A stretch of 51,864 bases of DNA from Candidatus Omnitrophota bacterium (GCA_023139575.1 JAGLNJ010000068.1:1-51864), one strand, 5' to 3'. Counted from the stretch's first letter, positions 29,484-38,566 are shown. Numbers and translations: made by a program. Notes: generated by a model not told the origin, from the letters alone.

Positions 29484-30374
29484 CTATTTCTCCTCCCAAG
29501 ACGCTTCCTTCATAAGAAACTCCATGACTTTAGTCGGCAAATTTTCGCCTTCCTTAACAGTAATGTTTTCTAATTCCCTGATTTTATCAAATATCAAGTA
29601 AAGGTTGACATCTTTTTCAACAACCTTTTGAAGATCCTTGCGCAACTCCACCTCTTTTTTCTTAAGCTCTTCTTCTGCTAAGCCCTGATTCTTCATGCGT
29701 TCCAGCATTTCCATCACACGCTGCTCCAGTTGCTTGTTCACAAAAGACTGCGGCACAGAAAGCTTGGCCGCTTTAAGCAGGCCATCAACGATTTGATTCT
29801 CTAAATCCATACGATTCTGGCGATCTTTATCTATTTCCATCTGTCGCGAAAGAGATTTTTTAAAAGCCTCGAGGTTTGGAAAGCCTAAACCCTTGGCGAA
29901 TTCATCATCAATCACAACTTCCTTATCTGCTCCCTGGCTGGTTTTAAAGTAATCTAAAGTCTTATTGATTTCTTCATCAGTGACTTCAGAACCTTTACGT
30001 TTAACTTTAATCCCTTTATAACTGTTAATCTTCACTTCCGGCTTAAGATCAACTTGCGCGGAGAACTTAATGATACCGTCTTTGAATTCCACGTCTTTAA
30101 TGTCCGGATAATCCAGGGGAGAAATATTCTCCTGCTGAATCCCCTCTTGATAAATAAGCGGGATGATTTTCTTCAAGGTTTCTTCTTTGGCTAAATCGCT
30201 ATGCTCGGCTTCCAAAACATGACGAGGCACTTTGCCCGGCCTGAACCCCTTAATTTTGGCAACCTTCCCCAAATCCTTATAAACCTCATTAAGCGTGACC
30301 GTAACCCGTTCCTTAGGCACTTCAAATTTTAATTCGCGTTTAGAGGCATCCAATTTTTTAACTACTAATTTCAT
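29484..30374 (-). CDS. tig: trigger factor lacking the PPIase domain
   Basis: Ribosome-binding N-domain with GFRPGKVP signature, followed directly by C-domain-like helices. 296 aa versus ~430 aa in E. coli. tig-clpP synteny. Confidence 0.8.
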   Translation of the reverse strand: MKLVVKKLDASKRELKFEVPKERVTVTLNEVYKDLGKVAKIKGFRPGKVPRHVLEAEHSDLAKEETLKKIIPLIYQEGIQQENISPLDYPDIKDVEFKDGIIKFSAQVDLKPEVKINSYKGIKVKRKGSEVTDEEINKTLDYFKTSQGADKEVVIDDEFAKGLGFPNLEAFKKSLSRQMEIDKDRQNRMDLENQIVDGLLKAAKLSVPQSFVNKQLEQRVMEMLERMKNQGLAEEELKKKEVELRKDLQKVVEKDVNLYLIFDKIRELENITVKEGENLPTKVMEFLMKEASWEEK

Positions 30375-30476
30375 TTTTTCTACCATTCCTTCTTGACATT
30401 AATAAAAAAATGCTTTTTGTTAACCATAGTTCAACAGACATCAAAAAATGTGAGCGTGATTTAATTCTAGACTTAC

Positions 30477-30510
30477 TTGCAGTAACGTTGGGATTTTTTG
30501 AATACTGCAA
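30477..30510. repeat. perfect 8-bp inverted repeat TTGCAGTA-N18-TACTGCAA in the lptB-tig spacer
   Basis: Read directly from the sequence. No U-tract follows on the minus strand, so it is not a canonical terminator. Function unknown. Confidence 0.4.
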
Positions 30511-30530
30511 TCTGAGTGAGGGAAACCCAA

Positions 30531-31253
30531 TTACATCCTGAATTTTTCACCCAGATAAATCTGCTTTGCTTTCGGATCATTTATAAGATCGTCAGCTGTC
30601 CCTGAAATAAGTAGCCTACCATCTGCAACCAGATATGCCCGGTCAGTTATCGACAGCGTTTCACGGACATTATGATCTGTCAACAAAATGCCCAAGCCTT
30701 TATTCTTAAGTTCCTTGATGATCTCTTGGGCTTCAGCAACAACAATCGGATCAATGCCGGAGAAAGGCTCATCCAAAAGCAAAAAGGATGGATTTGTGAC
30801 CAAAGCGCGTGTAATCTCCAACCGGCGCCTTTCCCCACCTGAAAGCGTAAACGCCTTACTTTTTGCCAAGTGAACAATATTAAGCTCTTCTAATAAATTA
30901 TTGAGTCTTTTACGGCGTTCACGAGGGCTGATGTCCAACGTCTCAAGAATAGCCATGATATTTTCTTCTACGGTGAGTTTTCGAAATATGGATGATTCTT
31001 GAGCCAAATATCCCATACCCAATTGACAACGGGCATGTATGGGTTTCTTTGTAATATCGACCTGATCGAAGAATATCTCCCCTTTTTCCGGAGCAATAAT
31101 ACCCACGATCATATAAAAGGATGTCGTTTTACCCGCCCCATTTGGACCTAAAATTCCAACGACTTCAGAGCGTCCGACCGTAATACTTAAACCGTCAACT
31201 ACTCTACGGCCACCGTAACTCTTAACCAACCCTTTAGTTTCAAGCAAATTCAT
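30531..31253 (-). CDS. lptB: LPS export ABC transporter ATP-binding protein
   Basis: Walker A GPNGAGKTT, signature LSGGERRRLEI, Walker B LLLDEPFSG. 240 aa. Follows the lptC/lptA-like gene. Confidence 0.9.
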   Translation of the reverse strand: MNLLETKGLVKSYGGRRVVDGLSITVGRSEVVGILGPNGAGKTTSFYMIVGIIAPEKGEIFFDQVDITKKPIHARCQLGMGYLAQESSIFRKLTVEENIMAILETLDISPRERRKRLNNLLEELNIVHLAKSKAFTLSGGERRRLEITRALVTNPSFLLLDEPFSGIDPIVVAEAQEIIKELKNKGLGILLTDHNVRETLSITDRAYLVADGRLLISGTADDLINDPKAKQIYLGEKFRM

Positions 31254-31262
31254 AATTTTGGG

Positions 31263-31311
31263 AGTTTTAACTTTATAAACTAATAGAAGATTACATAATA
31301 CAGTTTTAACT
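31263..31311. repeat. 10-nt direct repeat AGTTTTAACT x2 (31263-31272 and 31302-31311) upstream of lptB
   Basis: Exact repeat read from the plus strand. The second copy lies in the spacer of the predicted lptB promoter. Confidence 0.4.
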
Positions 31312-31322
31312 CAATTTGTCAA
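31295..31322 (-). promoter_or_regulatory. candidate sigma70-type promoter for lptB (TTGACA-N16-TATTAT)
   Basis: On the minus strand, TTGACA at 31322-31317 and TATTAT at 31300-31295 with a 16-nt spacer. About 40 nt upstream of the lptB ATG (31253). Hexamer match only. Confidence 0.35.
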
Positions 31323-31352
31323 ATTGAAAAACAATCAATCTACAGCGCCTTC

Positions 31353-32189
31353 TTACAGATCAGTTTTCCCCATATCAAAATTTCCAAAGCCTCCGTCGTC
31401 TTCAGATACCATAATCAACTTCGGCCTTCCGGAGAGCACTAATTTCTTGGTGGCAGCGCTGTAAACCGCTTTGCGCGAATAGGTTTCATTCCCCCCCTGA
31501 ATGATGACAACATTGCCCAAACAAATCAATTTATCAATCTCTTTAGTTTCCGGATCCAAATACAAGACCATTTTATCTGCTTTAAGAGTCCGCCCTTCTT
31601 GAAAAACTGTAACATTTTTGTTGAATGTTGCCATATTCTCAAGCTGCTCAATCTCTAACGGGCCGTCACAAGTCACCGTAACAATGCGGCTTTCCTTCTT
31701 CTCGAGATCTGTTTTCACCTTAACCTTCACATTTTTATTCATCTGCGCAACTTTTAATCCCGGTCGCGCGCGCAGGCCCATACCCTCCGCCTTAAAGGCC
31801 TTATTCATAATTTCAACAGGGTCTTCTGTTGACACTAAGTCTTGTTCTTTCTGCCATGTCAAAGAATCCGTCGTCAACTTTCCTCCTGCAATTGAAGTGA
31901 TGACGACATTCCCCTCTAATTGAATATCTCCGGTAACCTTATCAATAATACCTTTACGGGCCTTTAAATTCATTTCCTGCTCGCCGTACTGATTTGCATC
32001 GACATTGGTGACCTCAATCATATCGCCGACAATATCAGCCGTATCCCCGACAACATCCCAAGACTTCTCCCCTTCGTCAGTGTATCCCTGGAGATTAAAT
32101 CCTTCAAATTGCTGGACAGCATCCATCTGCCCCCACGATGGAGACACAAATAAGAAGCAAAGGAATAATGTTAAATTTTGTCTTTTCAT
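31353..32189 (-). CDS. LptC-like plus LptA (OstA)-like domains in one secreted or anchored protein
   Basis: ATG 32189 forms an ATGA overlap with the kdsC stop. N-terminal hydrophobic segment MKRQNLTLFLCFLFVSPSWG. aa ~25-150 follow the LptC pattern (FEGFNLQGYTDEGEKSWDV.., LEGNVVITS.., TDSLTW). aa ~165-265 follow the LptA/OstA_N pattern (ATFNKNVTVFQEGRTLKADKMVLYLD.., CLGNVVIIQG.., KAVYSAATKKLVLSG). Sits exactly where lptC and lptA lie in the kdsD-kdsC-lptC-lptA-lptB arrangement. Confidence 0.7.
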   Translation of the reverse strand: MKRQNLTLFLCFLFVSPSWGQMDAVQQFEGFNLQGYTDEGEKSWDVVGDTADIVGDMIEVTNVDANQYGEQEMNLKARKGIIDKVTGDIQLEGNVVITSIAGGKLTTDSLTWQKEQDLVSTEDPVEIMNKAFKAEGMGLRARPGLKVAQMNKNVKVKVKTDLEKKESRIVTVTCDGPLEIEQLENMATFNKNVTVFQEGRTLKADKMVLYLDPETKEIDKLICLGNVVIIQGGNETYSRKAVYSAATKKLVLSGRPKLIMVSEDDGGFGNFDMGKTDL

Positions 32190-32698
32190 TTGTAATCCGA
32201 TATAACTTCTTGCCATTTTTTCTGACTTTTCAAAATCACTTCAATCACTTCCCGAACAGCGCCGAAACCACCTTTTTGCTCGGTCACATAATGAACGCTT
32301 TTTTTAACTTCTGCTGCTGCATCATTTACCGCCACGGCAAAACCCACTTTCCGTAAAACGCCGATATCCGTTAAATCATCACCGATAAAGCATACATTTT
32401 CATCTTTTACGCTGAATTCTGCCAATAATTTTTGATAAGCCTCTGTCTTCGGGTTGGCATCCTGATAAACGCGGTTAATTCCCAAAGCTTCCGCCCTAAT
32501 ACTAACCGGAGCGCTCTCCCGTGCCGATATAATGGCCGTTTTGTATCCTGCTTTTTTAAAGAGATGTATACCATAACCGTCCTTGACATTAAAATGTTTA
32601 ATCTCCTTCCCGTCATTATCTATGATTATTCGCCCATCAGTGAGAACTCCGTCAACATCCATAACTAATACTTGTATCTTCTGCAATTTCTCGTTCAT
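32186..32698 (-). CDS. kdsC: 3-deoxy-D-manno-octulosonate 8-phosphate phosphatase
   Basis: HAD motif I VMDVDGVLTDG, GDDLTD, and KdsC size. ATG 32698 has GAAGGA 7 nt upstream. The track start is TTG 32713. Confidence 0.85.
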   Translation of the reverse strand: MNEKLQKIQVLVMDVDGVLTDGRIIIDNDGKEIKHFNVKDGYGIHLFKKAGYKTAIISARESAPVSIRAEALGINRVYQDANPKTEAYQKLLAEFSVKDENVCFIGDDLTDIGVLRKVGFAVAVNDAAAEVKKSVHYVTEQKGGFGAVREVIEVILKSQKKWQEVISDYK

Positions 32699-32716
32699 TT
32701 TATCATCCTTCAAAAA

Positions 32717-33676
32717 TTAAATCAGGCCGGCTTTCAACAAATCCTGAATATCTAATAATCCTACAGCCTTACCCTTGGCATCCACAACAGGAAGCTCGTC
32801 TATCTTTTTATCCTGCAGCAACGTGAAGGCCTCAACCGCCAATTTAGTTTTCTCGATCGTGCTCGGGTTCTTGGTCATCACGTCTTTGACTTTTTTAAAC
32901 AGCAAATGGGGGTCTTCTTTAATATGACGACGCAAATCCCCATCCGTAAAAATACCAACCAATTTTTCTTTTTGATCAATCACACAGGCTGATCCACAAC
33001 GCGCTTTTGTAATAGCCAAAAGCACATCCTTAACGGGTAAATTAACTTTAACTTTCGGAAAATGACTGTCCGCGCGCATGATGTCTTCAACTTTAAGAAG
33101 CAATCGGCGTCCCAAAGCTCCTGCCGGATGGAAAAAGGCGAAGTCTTCTTTACGAAATCCCCGTCGGACAATCAGGCATGCTGCCAAGGCATCCCCCATA
33201 ACCAAGGTCACGGTGGTCGAAGCCATCGGGGCCAAACCCAAAGGGCATCCTTCCTTTTTAACACCTATATCTAAAACCACATCGCTATGTTTAGCCAGCG
33301 TTGACTTGATATTACCTGTCATGGCAATTGTCTTAACACCCAATTTCTTTACCAAAGGCAACAGCCGGGTTGTTTCATCTGTTTCACCGCTGTTTGATAT
33401 AACAATTAAAACGTCTTCGCGCGTTACCTGCCCTAAATCACCATGAAGCGCTTCAGAGCTGTGCATAAAAATGCTGGGCGTCCCGGTAGAAGACAGTGTC
33501 GCAGCAACCTTACGTCCTATAATGCCGGTCTTGCCCATACCCGTAATAATAACGCGACCGGAACAATTCAGCACAAAGTCTACTGCTTTCTGAAAATTGC
33601 CGTCTATTTTCTTCGCGAGGTCTTTAATCGCTTGCGCTTCAGTCAAGATAACTTCTTTTGCCTTCTTTAATGACAT
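32717..33676 (-). CDS. kdsD: arabinose-5-phosphate isomerase (KdsD/KpsF family)
   Basis: SIS domain (ITGMGKTGIIG, ISNSGETDE) followed by tandem CBS domains. Confidence 0.9.
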   Translation of the reverse strand: MSLKKAKEVILTEAQAIKDLAKKIDGNFQKAVDFVLNCSGRVIITGMGKTGIIGRKVAATLSSTGTPSIFMHSSEALHGDLGQVTREDVLIVISNSGETDETTRLLPLVKKLGVKTIAMTGNIKSTLAKHSDVVLDIGVKKEGCPLGLAPMASTTVTLVMGDALAACLIVRRGFRKEDFAFFHPAGALGRRLLLKVEDIMRADSHFPKVKVNLPVKDVLLAITKARCGSACVIDQKEKLVGIFTDGDLRRHIKEDPHLLFKKVKDVMTKNPSTIEKTKLAVEAFTLLQDKKIDELPVVDAKGKAVGLLDIQDLLKAGLI

Positions 33677-33690
33677 ATACGACTCCGCGT

Positions 33691-34527
33691 TTATTTTTTT
33701 TTCTTGTCTCGTTTTACAACCGCATCGATTGCGATCAAATCAACCAATAGTTTTTCTAATTTATTTAAAGGCATCATATTCAGCCCATCTGATAAAGCTG
33801 TTTCGGGATTTATATGCGTTTCCATGAAAACCGCATCACATCCGGCTGCTATACCGCACCGCGCTAATAAGGGAATAAACTCACTTTTGCCCCCCGATGC
33901 CGAACCTAAACCACCGGGCTGCTGGACGCTATGCGACGCATCAAAAACAACCGGAAAACCAATTTCCCGCATGATCGCTAACGAACGAAAATCGCTGACC
34001 AAATTATTATACCCAAAACTTGTGCCGCGGTCTGTCAAAAGAATCTTTTTATTTCCAGAGTTGACAACTTTCTTGACGGCAGCTTTCATATCCCAAGGCG
34101 CCAAAAACTGCCCCTTTTTGATATTAACGACCTTTTTTGTCTTTGCCGCTGCGACGATCAAATCGGTTTGACGAGAAAGAAAGGCGGGGATTTGGATAAT
34201 ATCCAGAACTTCAGCAGCTCTATTGATTTCCTGCACACAATGCACATCGCTCGTTACCGGCACACCCAACCTATCCTTAATCCTTTGGAGAATCTTTAAT
34301 CCCTCATCAATCCCGGGGCCACGGAAAGATGAAACTGATGTGCGGTTCGCCTTGTCATAACTAGCCTTGAATATGAAAGGTATTTTAAGGCGGTCAGTAA
34401 TCTTTTTAAGACCATCGGCTATCTTTAAAGCAGTGGCCTCATCCTCAATAACACAAGGGCCGGAAATAAACACAAAGGGATGATTCCCGCCAAACTTTAC
34501 ATTTTTTACTGTAATCACTTTATTCAT
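33691..34527 (-). CDS. kdsA: 3-deoxy-8-phosphooctulonate synthase
   Basis: KDO8PS motifs KASYDKANR, IPAFLSRQTDL and FDASHSVQ. Confidence 0.95.
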   Translation of the reverse strand: MNKVITVKNVKFGGNHPFVFISGPCVIEDEATALKIADGLKKITDRLKIPFIFKASYDKANRTSVSSFRGPGIDEGLKILQRIKDRLGVPVTSDVHCVQEINRAAEVLDIIQIPAFLSRQTDLIVAAAKTKKVVNIKKGQFLAPWDMKAAVKKVVNSGNKKILLTDRGTSFGYNNLVSDFRSLAIMREIGFPVVFDASHSVQQPGGLGSASGGKSEFIPLLARCGIAAGCDAVFMETHINPETALSDGLNMMPLNKLEKLLVDLIAIDAVVKRDKKKK

Positions 34528-35265
34528 TTACTTTTCCGACTCCATTAATCTCTCGATGGTCTCGATATCTTCAGGAGTATCAACACCTACGGATTCATAT
34601 TCTGTCACTACTGTCTTGATCCTGTATCCCGCCTCCAGAGCACGCAATTGTTCGAGCTTTTCTACTTGCTCCAGAGAAGAAGCTGCTAAATCCGGAAACT
34701 TGATCAAGAATTTCGTGCGATAAGCGTAAAGCCCGATATGTTTATAATAAGTGATGTCACCGAAAGCCGCCTTTTCCCGGCTAAAGGGAATCGCTGAGCG
34801 CGAAAAGTATAAGGCATATTTACTGCTGTCCACCACAACCTTAACGATATTCGGATTATTTAATTCTTCTTCTTTATTTAAGGCCTTGATAACCGTTGCC
34901 ATAGGACAATTGGAATCCTTGCTTATCGCTTTGGCCAAGGCATCAATGACAGCAGGCTCAATCAGCGGCTCATCCCCTTGAATGTTAATAATAATATCTG
35001 CCGGCGAATAACGAAAAGCCTTAGCGATACGCTCCGTACCTGATTTGTGATCAGGTGAGGTCATAATCGCCTTCGCCCCAAAAGACTGAGCTTTATCAAA
35101 AACGCGCTCATCATCACAGGCAATAAATACTTCTTCCAGGGCCTTGCTAGACTTAGCCCGCCTCCATACATGCTGGATCATGGGCTCCCCTTTAATCTCA
35201 GCCAGCACCTTACCCTCAAATCTCGTTGAACCCCATCGCGCTGGAATAACACCGATCACTTGCAT
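34528..35265 (-). CDS. kdsB: 3-deoxy-manno-octulosonate cytidylyltransferase
   Basis: VIPARWGSTRFEGKVL and NIQGDEPL motifs. 245 aa. Confidence 0.95.
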   Translation of the reverse strand: MQVIGVIPARWGSTRFEGKVLAEIKGEPMIQHVWRRAKSSKALEEVFIACDDERVFDKAQSFGAKAIMTSPDHKSGTERIAKAFRYSPADIIINIQGDEPLIEPAVIDALAKAISKDSNCPMATVIKALNKEEELNNPNIVKVVVDSSKYALYFSRSAIPFSREKAAFGDITYYKHIGLYAYRTKFLIKFPDLAASSLEQVEKLEQLRALEAGYRIKTVVTEYESVGVDTPEDIETIERLMESEK

Positions 35266-35301
35266 AAATAGACAGTCCTTTCAAATCGATTGAATAGCTT
35301 C

Positions 35302-35350
35302 CCACGGGTTCACACCCGTGGTGCTTACTGTTTCAAGCGCCGTTGGCGCT
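35302..35350 (-). other. two GC-rich hairpins inside the 173-nt spacer between the heptose kinase gene and kdsB
   Basis: Hairpin 1 (35302-35321): 8-bp stem CCACGGGU/ACCCGUGG, with a GUGA (GNRA-type) tetraloop on the minus-strand RNA. Hairpin 2 (35336-35350): 6-bp stem AGCGCC/GGCGCU with a 3-nt loop. Neither is followed by a U-tract. Confidence 0.4.
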
Positions 35351-35438
35351 AACCTTTGTCCAAAAACTCCGTTTCTGGAAATAGCTCTCATTCCCGCCTT
35401 GAATAAAAGGGAGATTTCCTCCGGGATTAAAACAAAAA

Positions 35439-36470
35439 TCAGATATGCGTTTTGGTTGCTTCAATCAACTCGGCACGGGTAATGGGCACAGCGCCCATCT
35501 TCCCGATGACAATACCGGCAGCGTAATTGGCCAGGTCTGCCGCAAGCAATTTTGAAACCCCTGTTGTTAATCCCAAGGTATAGACCGCAATAACCGTATC
35601 ACCCGCACCGGTAACATCGAAAACATCTTTGGCCTTAGTGTGAATATGAATAGGTTTCTTACCCTTCTCAAAAACATACATCCCCTGCTCACCTAAAGTT
35701 ACCATAAGAGATTCTAATTCCATGAAGGACAGAAGCTGTTTGCCAGCCCGGACAACATCGGCAAGAGTATTTAAGCGGTCAGAATTCAAACGTAATTTAC
35801 GTTGCCCGCTTTCGGTAATTTTAATATTACGAATAGCGTTCTCCGCCTCATTCTTATTTGGCGTAATGGCTGTCACCCCTCGATAATAGGCAAAATTCTC
35901 GACTTTTGGGTCAACAGTGATAATCTTCTTTTTCTTTTTCGCTAAAGAACATATCCGCATGACTAATTCGCGCGTGATTAAACCTTTTCCGTAATCAGAA
36001 ATAATTACTGCATCAAAAGAATTGAGATTCGACTTGAGAAAACCGGTAATCTTATTCGATAATTTAATGTTCTCATTAAAGCTAATTTTTTCGCGGTCTA
36101 AGCGGAGAACTTGCTGGTGTTGGGCCAGGATACGTGTTTTCAAAACTGTCGGGATTTTTGCATCAACAAAAACACCGCGCGTGGAAATACGCAGCTTCTT
36201 TAAACCTTTGAGCAACTCTTTGCCTTCAACATCGCGGCCGATCCTCCCCACCAAAGTAACTTTGGCCCCTAAACTGCGCAAATTATACGCTACGTTTGCG
36301 GCTCCACCAGGAGAAAACGTGGCCGGTTCCTTCTGCAATACGACCGGGACAGGAGCTTCCGGGGAAATTCTGGAAACACTCCCGACAATATGCTGATCCA
36401 AGATAATATCACCAATAACAAGTATTTTCTTAGAAAAAAATTTTGAAATTATTTTTTTGTATTTATCCAT
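35439..36470 (-). CDS. hldA: D-glycero-beta-D-manno-heptose-7-phosphate kinase (RfaE/HldE domain I only)
   Basis: PfkB/ribokinase-like fold: ILVIGDIILDQ N-terminus and DVTGAGDTV near the C-terminus. 343 aa, so no cytidylyltransferase-type domain II. Confidence 0.8.
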   Translation of the reverse strand: MDKYKKIISKFFSKKILVIGDIILDQHIVGSVSRISPEAPVPVVLQKEPATFSPGGAANVAYNLRSLGAKVTLVGRIGRDVEGKELLKGLKKLRISTRGVFVDAKIPTVLKTRILAQHQQVLRLDREKISFNENIKLSNKITGFLKSNLNSFDAVIISDYGKGLITRELVMRICSLAKKKKKIITVDPKVENFAYYRGVTAITPNKNEAENAIRNIKITESGQRKLRLNSDRLNTLADVVRAGKQLLSFMELESLMVTLGEQGMYVFEKGKKPIHIHTKAKDVFDVTGAGDTVIAVYTLGLTTGVSKLLAADLANYAAGIVIGKMGAVPITRAELIEATKTHI

Positions 36471-36515
36471 TAAGCGAACAACTATATTGATATATGTATA
36501 TTACAATCATTGATT

Positions 36516-37550
36516 TTAACATAGTTTAAAAACATCGTCAACAGCTTCTAAAACCTCTTCAACAGTAATAATTTTCAGGAATTCCGGATCCAGAACCTCC
36601 CCCTTGGCAAAAGAGACATCCTCAACAAACGATGTGACCACCGCTCTTGAACGCGGACTCAACGGGCGCCAACGCTCGGGATTGATGCCCGGTTGGTTTC
36701 GGGTAAATATTGACACAACAGGTGTCCCTACGGCATCCCCCACATGGACAGGTCCGGAATCATTGGAAATCAGGATATAGCAACGCTTGAGCAGACTGGC
36801 AAGCTGGCCGACACTGGTTTGGCCGGTAAGATCCAGGACATTTCCCTGCCCTCCCTCCTTAATGATACTGGCCGTCTCGACATTATCAACCCCACCCACA
36901 AGAACCACCTTACCGGGGTATTTTTCCTGCAAGGCCGCTATTAAAGCAACGAACTTATGAGCCGGCCATTTTTTTGTGGGGCAGCTGGAGCCCGAGTGTA
37001 TGGCAAAAAGTTTCTCGCCGGCAAGATTATGCGTATTGATAAAATCATCAGCCCATTGTTCACATTCGTTTCGTAAAGGCACTGTTGTCTGAAGGTCTTC
37101 GCTCTCTATACCGAGGACTTTAAGAACATCCAGGCAATATTGGGCTTCATGCTTTTTCCCTTCAAGACGCAAATCATTAATTTTATGAGTCAATAAAAAC
37201 CCGAATTTATTATTACGATACCCCAAGCGCATGGGAATTCCCGCAAAAAAACACAAGCTATTCGTCCTTTTTTTTGTATGAAAAATAACGGCCAAGTCGA
37301 ATCTTTCTCGCCGAATCAAATTAACCAAATTAAAAAAACGCCACCGTTGATATTTTTCATTTCTGTCATCAACAATGACCTCATCAATAAAAGGAATACC
37401 TTGGACCAAATCTTTTGTCTGGGAAGAAACTAACATCGCCAAAAAGGCCTTGGGGTAAAACAAACGCAACGCTTTAACGGCAGGAGTTGTCAGAACCACG
37501 TCTCCGATGCGGTCTGTTCGCACGATCAAAATTCTCTTAAAATCTTTCAT
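36516..37550 (-). CDS. glycosyltransferase family 9 (LPS heptosyltransferase-like)
   Basis: ILIVRTDRIGDVVLTTPAVKAL N-terminus and ISNDSGPVHVGDAVGTPVV. This copy lacks the C-terminal Cys cluster. Confidence 0.85.
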   Translation of the reverse strand: MKDFKRILIVRTDRIGDVVLTTPAVKALRLFYPKAFLAMLVSSQTKDLVQGIPFIDEVIVDDRNEKYQRWRFFNLVNLIRRERFDLAVIFHTKKRTNSLCFFAGIPMRLGYRNNKFGFLLTHKINDLRLEGKKHEAQYCLDVLKVLGIESEDLQTTVPLRNECEQWADDFINTHNLAGEKLFAIHSGSSCPTKKWPAHKFVALIAALQEKYPGKVVLVGGVDNVETASIIKEGGQGNVLDLTGQTSVGQLASLLKRCYILISNDSGPVHVGDAVGTPVVSIFTRNQPGINPERWRPLSPRSRAVVTSFVEDVSFAKGEVLDPEFLKIITVEEVLEAVDDVFKLC

Positions 37551-38566
37551 ATCCTCTTAAAAATCACCTTATCATTTTCAATACTGAATGAATCCGCTAC
37601 TTCTCTAACGGCAATTGACTCCATACAAGTATGCGGCTTGATTGCTTTCCTGTCTCGGCAACGCTGACAAGCATCCCCCTTTTTGATATAAAAGCATGCA
37701 TCACCCCAAGGACCGTAGTGTGTAGGATTAGTCGGTCCAAACAAAGCCAGCGTAGGCGCATTCAAATAACTCGCCAAATGCATCGGCGCACTGTCATTAG
37801 TTATCACCATGACGCTCTTTGATATTAAGCAACCTAATCGGGGCAAAGTCGTTTGCCCCGTCCAATCCTGCAGTGCGGGATGGCTTGTCAATTTCTTGAC
37901 AATAGTTTGCGCGATCTCCTTATCGTCATTATCTCCTGCCAAAATAATCTGGGCATGGTATTTCTCAAAAAGGATATGGCATAATTCCGCAAAATTCGCA
38001 GCCGGCCAGCGTTTATTCTGATCAGCCGCGCCGGGACTAAGAATTATCAGCGGTTCCCCCTCGGGAAGAGCAAGCAATTTCTCGTCTATAAACGCGCGGT
38101 CATCCGCGGTCATTCCTAATGATATCTTTTCGGCCTCTTGTTCACCATAAGAATATACGGTATGCAAACGATGCAGGTGCTGGTGAAGCATGTGACCGTT
38201 TTTCAAACGCGTCATAAACAGAGACGTCCGATATGCCGGCCCAACAAGTAAGGGCACCATTGTATTGCGGAGATCCACAAACAAGTCATAACGGTTCTTT
38301 CGCAATCCCTTCACCCATTGCCACTGCTCTTTCCACGACAGTTGCTTATTGAAGATATAAACATCATTGATCAATTCATTTCTCTGCAATAAAGAAACAG
38401 CCTTTGGACCGACAGCAACATCTAACTGAGCCTGCGGAAAATCTCTTTTCAGAATATCAATAACCGGAAATGTCAGGACAACATCTCCAATATTGCTCAG
38501 GGAAAAGACAAAAATCTTTTTAATTTTCTCTTTATCGAGAATCATCATTTCTGCTTTTTTAAACAT
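37547..38566 (-). CDS. glycosyltransferase family 9 (LPS heptosyltransferase-like)
   Basis: SLSNIGDVVLTFPV and ITNDSAPMHLASYLNAPTL. C-terminal Cys cluster ACQRCRDRKAIKPHTCM. The alternative ATG 38548 would give an ATGA overlap with the upstream stop. Confidence 0.85.
   Translation of the reverse strand: MFKKAEMMILDKEKIKKIFVFSLSNIGDVVLTFPVIDILKRDFPQAQLDVAVGPKAVSLLQRNELINDVYIFNKQLSWKEQWQWVKGLRKNRYDLFVDLRNTMVPLLVGPAYRTSLFMTRLKNGHMLHQHLHRLHTVYSYGEQEAEKISLGMTADDRAFIDEKLLALPEGEPLIILSPGAADQNKRWPAANFAELCHILFEKYHAQIILAGDNDDKEIAQTIVKKLTSHPALQDWTGQTTLPRLGCLISKSVMVITNDSAPMHLASYLNAPTLALFGPTNPTHYGPWGDACFYIKKGDACQRCRDRKAIKPHTCMESIAVREVADSFSIENDKVIFKRI

Noticed and set aside
35296-35325. Possible tRNA T-arm (ACGGGTTCACACCCGT) in the heptose kinase-kdsB spacer.
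   Set aside because: The element folds better as an 8-bp stem with a tetraloop. There is no acceptor stem, D-arm or anticodon arm in the flanks on either strand.
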